From NCBI RefSeq assembly GCF_009834535.1, contig NC_045702.1, positions 75,826,001-75,890,000 on the forward strand: a stretch of DNA of 64,000 nt. The letters run 5' to 3'. Both the position numbers and the translations under genes were made by a program. A model generated the notes under the pieces. The model was not told where the DNA came from. It made no database searches and saw only the letters and a program-made list of their open reading frames with translations. Positions 1 to 12,029 of the stretch are shown one piece after another; within the stretch, counting starts at the first letter, position 1; each line of letters opens with the position of its first letter. The stretch comes from Camelus ferus (taxonomy: Eukaryota).

Positions 1-489
1 AGCATATATCTCTTAGTAATATATTTTTAATGCTGATCTAGACACATTCTTCTTGGACTTGCGTGTGACTGCAGGTCATATTCTTGTGGTTCACATTAAG
101 CCCTCTCAGATTTTGAATTATTTACAATGGCAATGCAGACTATTTCTTTCTTTAGTCCTGATGGAGAAAATATGGTCCTCCCAAAATGTCAGACTGAGAA
201 ACAGATGGGCTTCTAGCTTCACAATCCAGAAGTATTCTTTTGGATGCTTTTCGGGCATTAGGATGTCCAGGTAACTCTGAATCTTTGTGGCAAACCCTTT
301 AAGCGTGTCTGCACTTGTACAACACCAGAACTTGCCTGGCCCAGGCTTTCCCAGCCCAGTCCTTGACTGAAGGTAATTTCAAGCCTGTCACTCTTTCACC
401 CACTGGAGAAAGAAGAAGGAAACTTAAAAATAAAAGAACAAGGACGTTCTTGCTTCTAGATGGGTACCCTTCACATTTTTAAGTTTTAC

Positions 490-665
490 CTCTAGAGTTT
501 CTCAGTGAAGGCTTTTACGCTGCCCTGAAGTGTTGCATCAGAACCACCTGGGAGATTGGTTTAAAATGGTGATGACTGCGTTCTGCCCAGATCTACCGAT
601 TCTGATTCTTTGGGAATTTTTTACTTATCAGGAGACTCTTAGGTAGTAAAATTTGAGAACCGCTG
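490..665. mobile_element. MER5A-like hAT-Charlie DNA transposon remnant
   Basis: gcatcagaaccacctgggag...tttgagaaccgctg resembles MER5 body and terminal repeat. Confidence 0.55.
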
Positions 666-1064
666 ACCTCCAGACACTTTCATTAATTTCAGTGAGTTGT
701 TGTATTTTCAAAACCTAAGGATCTGATGGTTCTATTGTATTGCACATATGAGAATATTTAAATCCCTTGCTTAGTAAGACTAATGTGTATGTTTTTTAAT
801 TCCCAGAGGTTGAGAGCACATTTCTTTCAACATTCATTTGCTCATAAGCATGTCCTGAGGATGTGGGAGGACTTGTGCACTGCACTGGGTTCTGTGAGTT
901 AACTGATCCTCACGGCTTCTCTCTGAGCAGGGACACCCTGCATGTTTGGTGTATTTAGGAAAACCTCAGGCAACAGAGACAGATGAGAAGTGAATCTTTA
1001 GGAGGATTAGAGAACAGTAATCATATTGACAGCCAAGAGACTTCCAATTCCCTTGCATCATTGT

Positions 1065-1262
1065 GATTCTGCTATATGCCAGGGCTTGGCCCGTATTATT
1101 TCATTTCATCCTCACAGCCATCTATGAAGTAGGTACAAGTACGATGTCCCATTTTCCAGATGAGGACACTGTAGCTCAGTGGGGCTGTTTGGCTAGTCAG
1201 CAGTGCAGGGGTTCACTCCCAGCAGTCTCCGGCCAGAACACAGGCTCTTATTCACCACTATT
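1065..1262 (-). mobile_element. MIR SINE
   Basis: MIR core cccattttccagatgaggacactg. Confidence 0.65.
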
Positions 1263-2794
1263 CCAACTGTCATGGTAGTTTTCCTTTCCCCAGTGAGGCA
1301 GAAACCAGGAGGTGATGCTATGAAATGTCAATATTTTGTTCTACCATGTGCCACCCAATTTCTGTTCCAATGGTGATTCACTGTGTATCAAATCCATGAA
1401 GCACACATGGATGCCAGGCTCTGGGGGTACAAAATGAATCGGTGTGTGCCAGGAAGCTCCCAGTTCCTAAGACATGCAGTCATATAGAAAGTCTAGAATT
1501 AAAACTCACAGCCCCCAACTTCCTTGAGCAACACTGAGCCTGTCCAGCTGCGTGGCCTGGCTTTCTAAAATTCTCCCCAGGGAAGTAGTTTCCAACTCGC
1601 TTGCATCAGTGTCATGTCAGAATAATGGCCAGCTTGGCTGTTCTTACTCAAGGAAAACTACTGCTGGGGGCAGTAAATTTGAAACTGAAGGCTCTTTGTC
1701 ATGCAGTCTGGAGAATTACCATTTTTAACACCTTTCAGTGTGTTAAAGTCCCCCCTTTTCTTCCTTCCCGAATGCCGGTAAAATTTACTGGGCTCTTGAA
1801 CCTGGCCCCCTCAGTGTCATCCCTGATAATAAAGAGCAGAGCTATGCACGAGAACAGCAGGGAGGTCTCCAGCTGAAGGTACTGCAGGAGAGAAGTGGGG
1901 CATGTGGTTTGCAGTCATTACTGGCGTAGCCGCTCTGTGGCAGTTAAAGTCTAGTTAAAATAAGTTGGTAAATTCTAGCTGTGTGCCAGGCTACTTCCTG
2001 CAATGAAGACTGAATACAAACCAGCATATCTCACTGTCAGTATGAAAACTGTGTAAAAATATCTTGAAGACCCTTTAGACTTGACCTAAAAGCTAGGATT
2101 GCAGATATCTTTTACCCCAAAGCAATCCATCTATAGGTATTTTCCTGACCCTTGTACATCATAGGTGTTCCCGTGGGGGCTTACTAGGAGCACAACAGCC
2201 CTGGGGCTCCGTTACAGGCTGTGGGACCTGGGGCAGCTCAGATCTTACAGCAAACTACAGCTCACAGGCTTCCCTGCCCCCTCGCAACGTCGTCCCCGAA
2301 AGCAAAGCTACATGCAGAGACGCCCTTCTAAACATGACTATAGAAAGAGAGGGTGTCTTGCCCTGCCCTGCTCAGACTTTGTAACGCCCCCAAAAGAGTC
2401 CCCCACCTTGAGGACCCTGAGTCTAGCTGAGCATAGCCAGACCCCAAACGTGGTGGCACGTCTACTGCACCTTCCTACGACTGGCCTCCGCTGAGCACTC
2501 ATTGACACTGGGCACGTCCTTGTCCATTCCTTGCTGGTCCTGCGTGCCTCCCTTCCAGAAATGGCTCCAAACCTCCTCCTCTTTGTTCAAGCCTACAGCA
2601 CACCTTCACCCTCAGTGGGCACCCCCAGCCCTTCTGCTGAGATGATGTCTAATAACAGTTACCTAATAACAGCTCCCAATTCCTTCTGGTCCACCTCAAA
2701 TCTGTTCTTTATTTTCACTCTGTCTTATTCCCTCTTCACTGTCTCTGTCCTTTTTCTGTCCCAGAGACTATTCTTCCTCTTAAGTTATTTTTTT

Positions 2795-3092
2795 TCATAA
2801 CTCCCATCCCCTCTCCCCCAGCCCCTGGGAACCACCATTCTACTCTCTGCCTCTCTGACTTTGACTATTCTAAGTATCTCATATAAATGAAGTCATAAAC
2901 CATNNNNNNNNNNNNNNNNNNNNNNNNNNNNNNNNNNNNNNNNNNNNNNNNNNNNNNNNNNNNNNNNNNNNNNNNNNNNNNNNNNNNNNNNNNNNNNNNN
3001 NNNNNNNNNNNNNNNNNNNNNNNNNNNNNNNNNNNNNNTTATCCATTTGTCCAGCAGTGAACAACTTGAGTTGCTTCCACATTTTAGCCTCT
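2795..3092 (-). mobile_element. Old L1 (L1MB-like) 3' fragment spanning an N-gap
   Basis: cccctgggaaccaccattctactctctg...atataaatgaagtcat and ttatccatttgtcc...gttgcttccacatttt are typical L1M 3' end sequence. Confidence 0.75.
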
Positions 3093-3184
3093 GAGTTCTT
3101 AATCCTCTCCCCTTTCACCCATCCAAAGTTTACTTTCTTTTTCCCACAGGGAAGCTCTTTCTCTTCATTGGCATCTTTCCTTCA

Positions 3185-4500
3185 TCCTACATATATGCAT
3201 CGTAGTCATGCATATATATACATATATTCATTCTCATATTCTTTTTCATTAAAGGTTATTACAAGATATTGAATAGCACAGTTCCCTATGCTATACAGAA
3301 GAAATTTGTTTTTATCTATTTTTATATATAGCAGTTAACATTTGCAGATCTCAAACACCCAAATTTATCCCCCCCCACCCCCTTTCCCCCAGTAAGCATA
3401 ACATTGTTTACTATGTCTGTGAGTCTTTCTAGTTTTGTGGGGGGTTTTTTTGTAGATGAGTTCATTAATGTCCTCTTTTGTCTTTCTTTCTTTCTTTTTT
3501 TTTTTTTTAGATTTCACATATGAGTGATATCATATGGTATTTTTCTTTCTCTTTCTGGCTTACTTCACTTAGTGTGATAATCTCTAGTTCCATCCATGGC
3601 ATTATTTCATTCCTTTTTGTCACTGAGTAGTATTCCATTTTATAAATATACCACAGCTTCTTTATTCAGTCATCTGTCGATGGACATTTAGGTTGCTTCC
3701 GTGTCTTGGCTATTGTATATAGTGCTGTTATGAACACTGGGGTGCATGTATCTTTTCAAATTAGAGTTCCCTCTGGATATATGCCCAGGAGTGGGATTGT
3801 TGGATCACATAGTAAGTCTATTTTTAGTATTTTGAGGAATCGCTGCACTGTTTTCTATAACAGCTGCACCAAATTACATTCCCATTAACAGTGTAGGAGG
3901 GTTCCCTTTTCTCCACAGCCTCTCCAGCATTTATCATTTGTGGACTTTTGAATGATGGCCATTCTGACTGGTGTGAGGTGATACCTCACTGTGGTTTTGA
4001 TTTGCATTTCTCTGATAATTAGCATTTTTGAGCATTTTTTCACGCACCTCTTGGCCATTTGTATGTCTTCGCTGGAGAATTGCTTGTTTAGGTCTTCTGC
4101 CCATTTTTGGATTGGGTTTTTTTTGTATTAATTTGTATAATTCTGGAAATTAAACCTTTGTCAGTTCCATTATTTGCAAATATTTTCTCCCTTTCCGTAG
4201 GTTGTTGTTTTGTTTTGCTTATGGTTTCCTTTGCTGTGCAAAAGCTTATAAGTTTAATTAGCTCCCATTTGTTTATTTTTGCTTTTATTTCTATTGCCTG
4301 GGCAGACTGCTCTAGGAAAACATTGCTAAGATTTATGTCAGACAATGTTTTGCCTATGTTTTCTTCCAGGAGGTTTATAGTGTCTTGTCTATTTAAGTCT
4401 ATAAGTATGTTTAAGTCTTTTAAGCCATTTTAAGTTTGTGTGTGTGTGTGTGTGTGTGGTATGAGGGAGTACTCTAACTTCATTGATTTACATGCAGTTG
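3185..4500 (-). mobile_element. Younger L1 (camelid/cetartiodactyl type), ORF2 3' end plus 3'UTR, 5'-truncated
   Basis: ORF 4088-4345(-) gives KINKWELIKLISFCTAKETI...EKIFAN..DKGLISRI, the L1 ORF2 C-terminal motif; frames are disrupted. Confidence 0.9.
4437..4458. repeat. (TG)11 microsatellite within L1
   Basis: direct reading. Confidence 0.9.
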
Positions 4501-4630
4501 CACTTGTGGACTTTTTAATGACGGCCATTCTGACAGGTGTGAGGTGATACCTGTTGTACTTTGGATTTGCGTTTCTCTGACATTGAGCATATTTTCATGT
4601 GCCTACTGGCCATCTGCATATCTTCTTGCC
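4501..4630 (-). mobile_element. Second L1 ORF2 fragment
   Basis: ggccattctgacaggtgtgaggtgatacc repeats the L1 segment at ~3957-3990. Confidence 0.7.
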
Positions 4631-5214
4631 AAGAAGGCTTTTGATTGGCACAGATATCTGGAGGTGATTCTCCCCATCAAAGTCTAAAAGTGCTAGGGTC
4701 CAAAACTGCTGACTGAGAGACTTCATGGGCTTTGGGGGACAGAGCAGCAGGGGGGCTGGTCTGACAACTGTTATGGCAGCTTTGTGACTTCTCATGCGTG
4801 GAGACATGGTCCTGACAGGCAGCAGGTTAGAGCTCACTTGAGCAAGTGACACTGCAGTGCCCCTCTTCCACCATCTTTGTTTTCAGCTATCAAGGAATAA
4901 AGGAGACACACTGACTCAGAGATAGAAAATAATCTCCACATTTCACTTCCTCCAAGTTTAAGCCTCAAATACAACTTCCCCAAAATGCGAGACATACAGT
5001 CTACCAGCTAGAAGACTCAGCCCCTCACCTTTTGCTGGGAGTTACAGACCCTGGCTAGTTAGAATCCCCTAGCCCCTGAATTTTAATGCAGGCGAAATGA
5101 GATGAAAAGGAACTTCAGGGGTGGACTTGAAAGGAACCTACGGAGGAGCTACTGCATATTGCCACCTCCAGGCGCCAGGCAGGTTAAAACATTACCTCTG
5201 ATCTTCATTACTTA

Positions 5215-5345
5215 CCTTTCAGATCAGTGGTATCATCTCCATTTTATTTTTCAGATGAGAAAGTGAGGTTGGGAGGTGATAAGCAGTGGCCCAGGGTCAC
5301 ACACTGGTAGAGCAGCACTGGACCCCCGGTTTCTCCAACCGCAAG
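5215..5345 (-). mobile_element. MIR SINE
   Basis: ccatttta..cagatgagaaagtgagg...cccagggtcacac. Confidence 0.6.
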
Positions 5346-5663
5346 CACAGGACCCCAGTGCCTCACCCCTCCAGGCAGCAGAAGGCTTGGTGCTCTGGCC
5401 TCTGTGATTTGGAAAAGGCCAGGTCTACCTGCTTGTTTATGAGCTGCTGGTCTTGTCCAGGTCCCAGGTCTCTGACTAGGTACCAAATCCAGCATCCCTT
5501 CATCCCTGCAAAGCTCTAAGCTGGACACTGATCTGTACCTGCCACACCCTGGGGCCAGCTTTTCAAGGTGCTTTATCCATACCTCCCACTGGCCCTCACA
5601 ACAGTCTGGAAGTAGGTGGAGCCAGACAGGTAACACTCATCCCAGGAGAGTCAGAGGTAAGCG

Positions 5664-5690
5664 CACACTCACACACACACACACACACAC
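5664..5690. repeat. (CA)n microsatellite, one interruption
   Basis: direct reading. Confidence 0.9.
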
Positions 5691-6434
5691 CCGCTGCCCG
5701 AGAAAGAACTGAGAGAAGAGCCCAGCTGCTTGGACAGCTGAGCGCCAGCACGGCATGCGTGGGAAGATGTTGTGCAGCTGAGAAAGTGAGGGTCTATAAA
5801 CAGCCTTGCCTATTGCAGATGTGGACTGTAAAGCCCAATTACACAGAGCTGAATAGTGCTCTGTTAATTGCCCTTCATATTTAGCTCAGTGAATTTTTCT
5901 AATTGGAGCCCCTGACCTGCCCTGAAAAGAAATTAAGAATAGAAATGGCTTTGTGTTAGTGACTCCAGATCATAGTTTCCGTCGTTTCCCTTGACCTCCA
6001 TTTGACTTTCCTCTCTTCATCTCAAAATCCTGTAAAATAAACAATGCAAAAATGACGGGTAGGGGGTTGATCTTCTGGCTGGAAACATTTCAATTTGTTC
6101 TTATGAGTGTATTGAATTTTGTTCTGGCCAAAGAAAATTGACTCTCCTGCTCCGTTTTCACAGAGCATCTGCCAACACCTGTGGTCACTGACCAATTACA
6201 AATAAAGCAGCACATTTAAAGCTCTGTGTTTGCATCAGTGACATCAAAGGTTATCCAAGATGCAAGCGCTGTGTTTTTAGGGTCTTCCCTCTTACACCAG
6301 CTCTTCAGTTGGGGTCTGTGTGGCAGAACCTCAGGACAGCTTATGGTCAGGATGGCAAGGGTGCAGCCAAAAAGGCAGCTGCCATCTCCCACGTCACTAT
6401 CGCATGCCAGCCACCTCTCTCCAGTTACCACCAT

Positions 6435-6600
6435 TCAGTTCTAACATAATCCTCCGGGGTAGGATTTACTGTCCTCATTGGAAAGGTGACAATACAGGCC
6501 CAGAGACATCAAGTAACTGGCTCAAGCTCACATAGCAAGTCACTGGCTGGGTCAAGCTTTGAACCCAGTTCTCTCTGATTCCAAAGCCCATTTTCTCCTC
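6435..6600 (-). mobile_element. MIR SINE
   Basis: aggcccagaga..aagtaactggctcaagctcacatagc..tttgaacccag. Confidence 0.65.
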
Positions 6601-7204
6601 CTGCCACACTCCTCACTCCATCTCACTCGTGGGGGAATCAGGCACTGACCTTCATACATCTGGGATCAGTCACTCACAATAGGCAGGCAGCCCTGGAGAA
6701 GTTTCTCATTTTCTGCTGGGCAGGTCTCCTCCTGATGCAGACACATGTATTTCTCTGGGAGTCGGTGGGGAGCTCCATTTTTTAACTTAGTGTTATTCTT
6801 GGTCCTACTTTCTTTTTCTCACAATTCCATCTTTATCTTTCCTCCCAGCTTCTCTCTTTCTCCATCTCAGCTCCAAAATCACTTCTCAGCTTCCCTCTTT
6901 GTTGACTTCTTGCCCAGTCAAGTCCTGCATGAATGAGGTTGCATTTAGCTAATTAGTCGCTTAAAATGTACCAGATCACCCACTACATGTCAGGAAGACA
7001 AGAAAACCAGTAAGCCCCAGCTGCAGCTGGAACACAAAGGGGAAATGGCTGAGCAAGCCTGTGGGGGCCAGGAGAGCTTCCAAGAGTAGTTTCCACATCC
7101 AGGATAACCTATCCTCACACCAAGAGAATCCTCTACAAGCAAAAAAACAGAGGTCTCAGAGCCCCTTTTTGGATGTGCTTATGTTCATTCAGGAGGAGGA
7201 GGAT

Positions 7205-7440
7205 GTGCAGTGTTCAGGATCCCAGACTGGAGAGCAGCCGAACTGCCTACGATAAGATTCCAGGTCCACCACCTGCTGGCTGTGGAACCTTGGACAAGTT
7301 TCATTACCTCTCCACACCTCCCCTTTTCCATCTGCAAAATGGGAATATTAAAAGTACTTGCCTCTTGGAATTTTTGCATATGTTTATAAAGTGCCCAGGT
7401 CATTGCCTGGCACAAAGTTAGCAGTCTATAACCGTCAGCT
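7205..7440 (+). mobile_element. MIR SINE
   Basis: accttggacaagt..catctgcaaaatgggaata..gcctggcaca. Confidence 0.7.
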
Positions 7441-7549
7441 ATTCTTCTTCACTCAGTCGACAAACATTAGTCGAGCCCCCCTGTGCAAACGTTCTATGCA
7501 GGAGACAGCCCTACAGCCAAGAAGCAACCTCACTCATAGCTAACGGCAT

Positions 7550-7770
7550 GGAGTTTGGTTTTGCCCAGATCAAAGGCAAATCCCAGCTACTTACCAATCC
7601 TGTGACCACAAGCAAGCCACCTCCCATCTGTAAGCCTACCTGCACGTCTGTAAAGTGGGAATAGTGGTATCTGTCTCCCAGGGCAGGGGTTACAGGTGCA
7701 GGTGTATGAAGGCTCTCAGCCTAGAGCCTGCCTCACTCGTGACAAAAGCAAAATAAATGGCAACTGCTAA
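7550..7770 (+). mobile_element. MIR SINE
   Basis: tgtgaccacaagcaag..ctgtaaagtgggaatagt. Confidence 0.55.
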
Positions 7771-8914
7771 TGTCATCGCAGGCACTGTCCCAGGTCCAGA
7801 CAACTGACTTCAGGGAGCTTTCAGCCAGGAGGGGAAGCCCAAGTGGGAAATTCTACCAGCCCTGAAGCAGAGTGGCCTGGGACAGCAGGCACTTCACCGA
7901 AGACTGACAGCCTGGTTTATGTATGGAGGAAAGAAGCTCGGGGCCATTTCCTTAAGGACTCTGACTTCCTCTAGGATGGCCTCCCCGAGATATATGCAAC
8001 CTGGAATGTAGGATCTGGATGTCTGGAGCCAGGTGTGAAAGATGGACAGCATCGTGAGAAGCATTCTAAAGAGAAGGAAAGGATCTCAACTGTGACCCCT
8101 TTTTCTCACCAAATCGTGAGACCAAGAGGCACTATGTAGACAGCGTAGATGTACCTGGTCCCGCGAGGCCCCGGTTCTCTAGCTCATAGTGGGACAGGAG
8201 CAGATAATAGCCCTGGACTGAGGTCAAGGTTCCCTTCGGCACCCCAGTACTTGACAAGGGTGTTCTAATCCGTTTAATCGCCCATGCAGGTTGAAGCACT
8301 GGGCTGCTTCTACTTTTCAAAAGAAGACAAAGTAGATGTGTGTGTGTTACATGAATATTTCTGTCAAGTTTATCTGGTCTTCAACTCATCTTCCTAAAAG
8401 GAATGTGTTTCAAGTAAATAAGCTGTTACTAAGATTATTTTCAAAGAAAAACAATGGCAGACGATCCTATTGAGGAAAAGAAAAAACTGAAACTGGTTTG
8501 TTAATTTTTTCAGTTCTGATTTTGAACAACATATGAGTGTGCTCATACACTCCCACGCACACATTTTATTTATTTTTCTGCACATTTCCGAGGGCATTTC
8601 AGGTACTGACAGCCAACTGCCTCCACCCACTGTTTGCCTTCAAAAAGTGGGAGATCTCAGAATGGGAGGCATGGCCCCTGGCAAGAGTTTTAATTGTGCC
8701 CATTTTAGGAAGCCTGTCTTGACCATCAGGTATATCCGTGGAAGAGAAGGTAGGGAGGAGAGAGGGGTGGGTGGTTCCACAGGCACCAGGAGCTCCCTAA
8801 TGGAAACTAGCCCTTGGGGTCTTCCTTCACAGACAAGACCACTGGTGAGCAGAAGTTCACCCCAGAAGTGGAATAGGACTCTCCCCACAAGTGTCATCCA
8901 TCTAGAGCTAGCAG

Positions 8915-9125
8915 CAGCTCTAATCTCATTTCTCTAATTCTCCTTATTATTAGAATGTTCAAAATATTAACCTCACTCTGGATATTAAATTAATTTGGAC
9001 AAATCACAATTGATGCTAATTAGCTGTACTGCAGAGCATTTCCTCTTAATACTACAATTCACAATTGCACATAATTGCAACTTAATTTATTTGCTTTAAT
9101 TAATGTTTGACATATATAAAATGAG
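8915..9125. promoter_or_regulatory. Candidate conserved non-coding enhancer, homeodomain-motif dense
   Basis: non-repeat AT-rich patch with about a dozen TAAT/ATTA cores (CTAATTAG, TTAATTAAT, ATTAAATTAATT); conservation not verifiable here. Confidence 0.45.
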
Positions 9126-10569
9126 ATGGGAGAGATTTTTCAAGAGTGTCTTTCTGCTGACAGTGTTTTTGTGCCTAAAAGGAAGCCTTTTTCTGTTAAG
9201 GTAGTTCTTTGTTATGTTCAAATGAGTTGGGTTTCAAGAAGCTCTGAGAGTCATAATACAAACAAGTTAATTCATGCTCATTTGTCACCCCTAGTCCCAT
9301 GACATTAAACCTCTGTAATTTGATGCTTCTTGCAGAGAATAATATTACATGAATTGTCCTCTCAGTCTAGAAGGTGAAATGCCCATTCCCCATAATAGGG
9401 CAGGCCCAGGGCCAAACTGTGCTGTCAGAGTTCATCTCTGATGCTCCTCCACGTTCCTTTCTTTGACCTCCCCCCTTGTCATCTCCCCGCTTGCCCACCC
9501 CCAGATTGTCACACCTGGCACCCTCCCTCCAGCTCACCGGATCTAAGCCAGCTCCACCCTTCCTGGCCTGAGACCTTCAGAATGTACTAGTCCTGAGTTC
9601 TGGCAAGTCATTAGATCTGTCACCTGACTGATAATAGCTCCCAGATAATCCCAGATAATACAGCTTCATTTCAAGTGAGGGATGTTTAATGGTGATGGAA
9701 ATGTTACTTGTTAGTAGCAGAGACAGATTTTTCTGACTTCAACAAGCCTTTTAAAATTCCTTAAATTACGTGACAAACAAACAAAAAGATCACAACTCCA
9801 GACCCTCAATAAAGAGAGGCAGGAGGGTCCCCAGTCTAGTTAGCTGCTGATTCAATGCTTATTTCAGGTATTTATCAGTCACTCTGTGTGTCCCACATTG
9901 CACCAAATACTAGAGCTAGATGAAGTTACTCTCTATTTACAAAACTTTCCCCTCTCCACTCTCCCCCAAGTCATTTGAATAGAATTAAGATGAAAAAGAG
10001 GGACCAGTGGGGTTTGAAGTTAAGAAAAAGAGCTCCCAAAGAGTTCAGTATCTTAGGATTCTTTTAAAAATGATATTAATAATAGTTACGTGAAATAATG
10101 TTTCTTAAAGGTATTTCATTTTGGATGAAGCTTAAGCTTCCTCCCAGTAGTTGAGTACATGATGAATTGTATTATAAGTAAGTCTATTTTTAGCCCACGA
10201 GTGCTTTGGCAGACAGGCTGTTAAAAATAGAAGCAGGCCTAATAGAGTAGAGGAGATGGGAAGCTTTTCCTTACTGATGAAAGAAAATGAAGCCGGTTCT
10301 CTGAGCCTAAATGGTTGGGGAAAAGGTGTGTGCAACTGTGTGATCACGTTAGAAGGCCGTGGCTTGTAATTTGGAAATTAGTGTGTCGGTGAGACAGAAT
10401 ATGAGTTCTGACGCGAGTTGCCTGGAAATGCTCAGACTCAGGGAGTCAAGGGCTTGCGTGTTTGATTAGGTGACGGGCGCCTTATTTTAAGAATCCGATT
10501 TGGGTCCTGCGGAGCCAGGACTCTGTTCATTGACTGTTCTCCCCGCGACTTCTCAGTAAAACAGGTTAG

Positions 10570-10588
10570 CGGCCACCAGGGGGCAGCA
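10570..10588 (+). promoter_or_regulatory. CTCF-binding motif
   Basis: CGGCCACCAGGGGGCAGCA matches the CTCF core CCASYAGRKGGCRS fully; lies in a CpG-enriched unique patch. Confidence 0.7.
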
Positions 10589-10789
10589 AAGTAAGCCCAT
10601 CCCAGAGGAACGTGTGCTCGTCGCTGAGTCATTGCCGCTTGGTGATCATCACAGCTTTCTTTCCCTTTGAGCTTTCAGGCCCCGACCGCGCCTTTCAGCA
10701 ATGCAGCTCGGTGGGTGAGCGCATGGATTTGCGGTCAGCCAGACAAGGTTCAGACCTGGCTCTCCCGCTTAAAACCGTTGCGGCCTCTT

Positions 10790-10915
10790 TAACCCACAAA
10801 CAGGGATTATAAAGTACCGCCCTCATTAGGCAGGTGATAAGAATTAAACGAGACAGTGTCTGGAAAGTGCTTAATACCTATCCCTTGCCTGGTGCGTCAT
10901 AAATGCTCAGCGCCT
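10790..10915 (+). mobile_element. MIR SINE 3' part
   Basis: aagaattaaacgaga..aaagtgctta..gcctggtgcgtcataaatgctca. Confidence 0.5.
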
Positions 10916-11159
10916 CAGTCCACCCTGGAAGCTGTAAGCGGGTTCGGGTGCTAACAACAGCACAGAGAAGGCATTAGCTTCCTTCCTTTCCCTTCCATTC
11001 TGGATTCTCTTCGCCTTCACTGTCTCCTTCCCCAAGGACCCCCCCCGAGACCTTCTTCATCTCGGTCAGTTCAAAAGTCTTCATTCTGGCAATCTGCCAA
11101 ACATGTTCTCCACAAATATACCCAACGATCCCCTAAATTCTGTTCAGTCCTCTCTATCC

Positions 11160-11310
11160 CAGTATTTCCCTCGGGTTCACAAGCCACCTGCATTAGAATC
11201 ATCCTCACCCACGAAACGGGAGTTTCTGGGGATGGAACCCAAGGCTCTGCATTTTAATGAGCTTCCCAACTCAATCTTATGTGTGATACAGCTTGAGAAT
11301 CTCTGCCTTA
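11160..11310. mobile_element. MER5A-like DNA transposon
   Basis: ctgcattagaatca..ctgcattttaatgagcttccca..ttgagaatctctg. Confidence 0.55.
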
Positions 11311-12029
11311 TTCCTAGAAAGATTTTTTTTTAATAGAGGATATAGTACAGCTTGATCTCAACCAGCTGTTAGGAGGGAACTTAGCTGATTATCTGATTAA
11401 AGTAATTCACACTGAACGTGAAGAACAAATAAACTCCCTTTTCAGGAGAATTTGCATTCTGACATTTTGCAAGCTGTAATGAATTTTCAATCAGTGAAAT
11501 GTCTGGAATGGATGTTTAAAGAAAAATGACCTTGCATGTGACCCACACCTCAGGGGAAGCCTTCATTTGCCCTAGAATCACCTGAAATTCAGCCCCACGC
11601 TTGCTGACTGGTGGAGAGGAGGGAAAAGAGGAGGAAGTGAAGTGGAAGGCAAAGGAAGAATGGGACATGGAGGAAAGGTTAAGAGAGGAGTTGGGGGGGG
11701 GCAGAAAGGAGACCCCTCCCAAATGTCCCCACCCCCACAGCATTCAGTACTTCAAGCTTATCCAAGTGTAGGATGTACTCATGTGGAAAGGACTCAGCCT
11801 TTCCACTCTATCCCAGAGATGATCACAACTGACACTTCTGTTTTATTTGCTACTCACTTTAATTTTTTAATGCGAAGCTGCCCAGTTGCCCAGTCTAGTG
11901 TGAAGACCCAAGGATGCAATAGCGCCTTGCTTCTCTTTGTTGCTCCCAGACCACTTCTTCTCCCTCTGAAGGTGCATACGGCACAGGCTCCCATTCTTGG
12001 GCTTCCTCTATTTTACAACCCCTGAGTGA

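Noticed and set aside
4088-4345. ORF with clear protein homology (LIKLISFCTAKET)
   Set aside because: Disrupted fragment of L1 ORF2, not a host gene.
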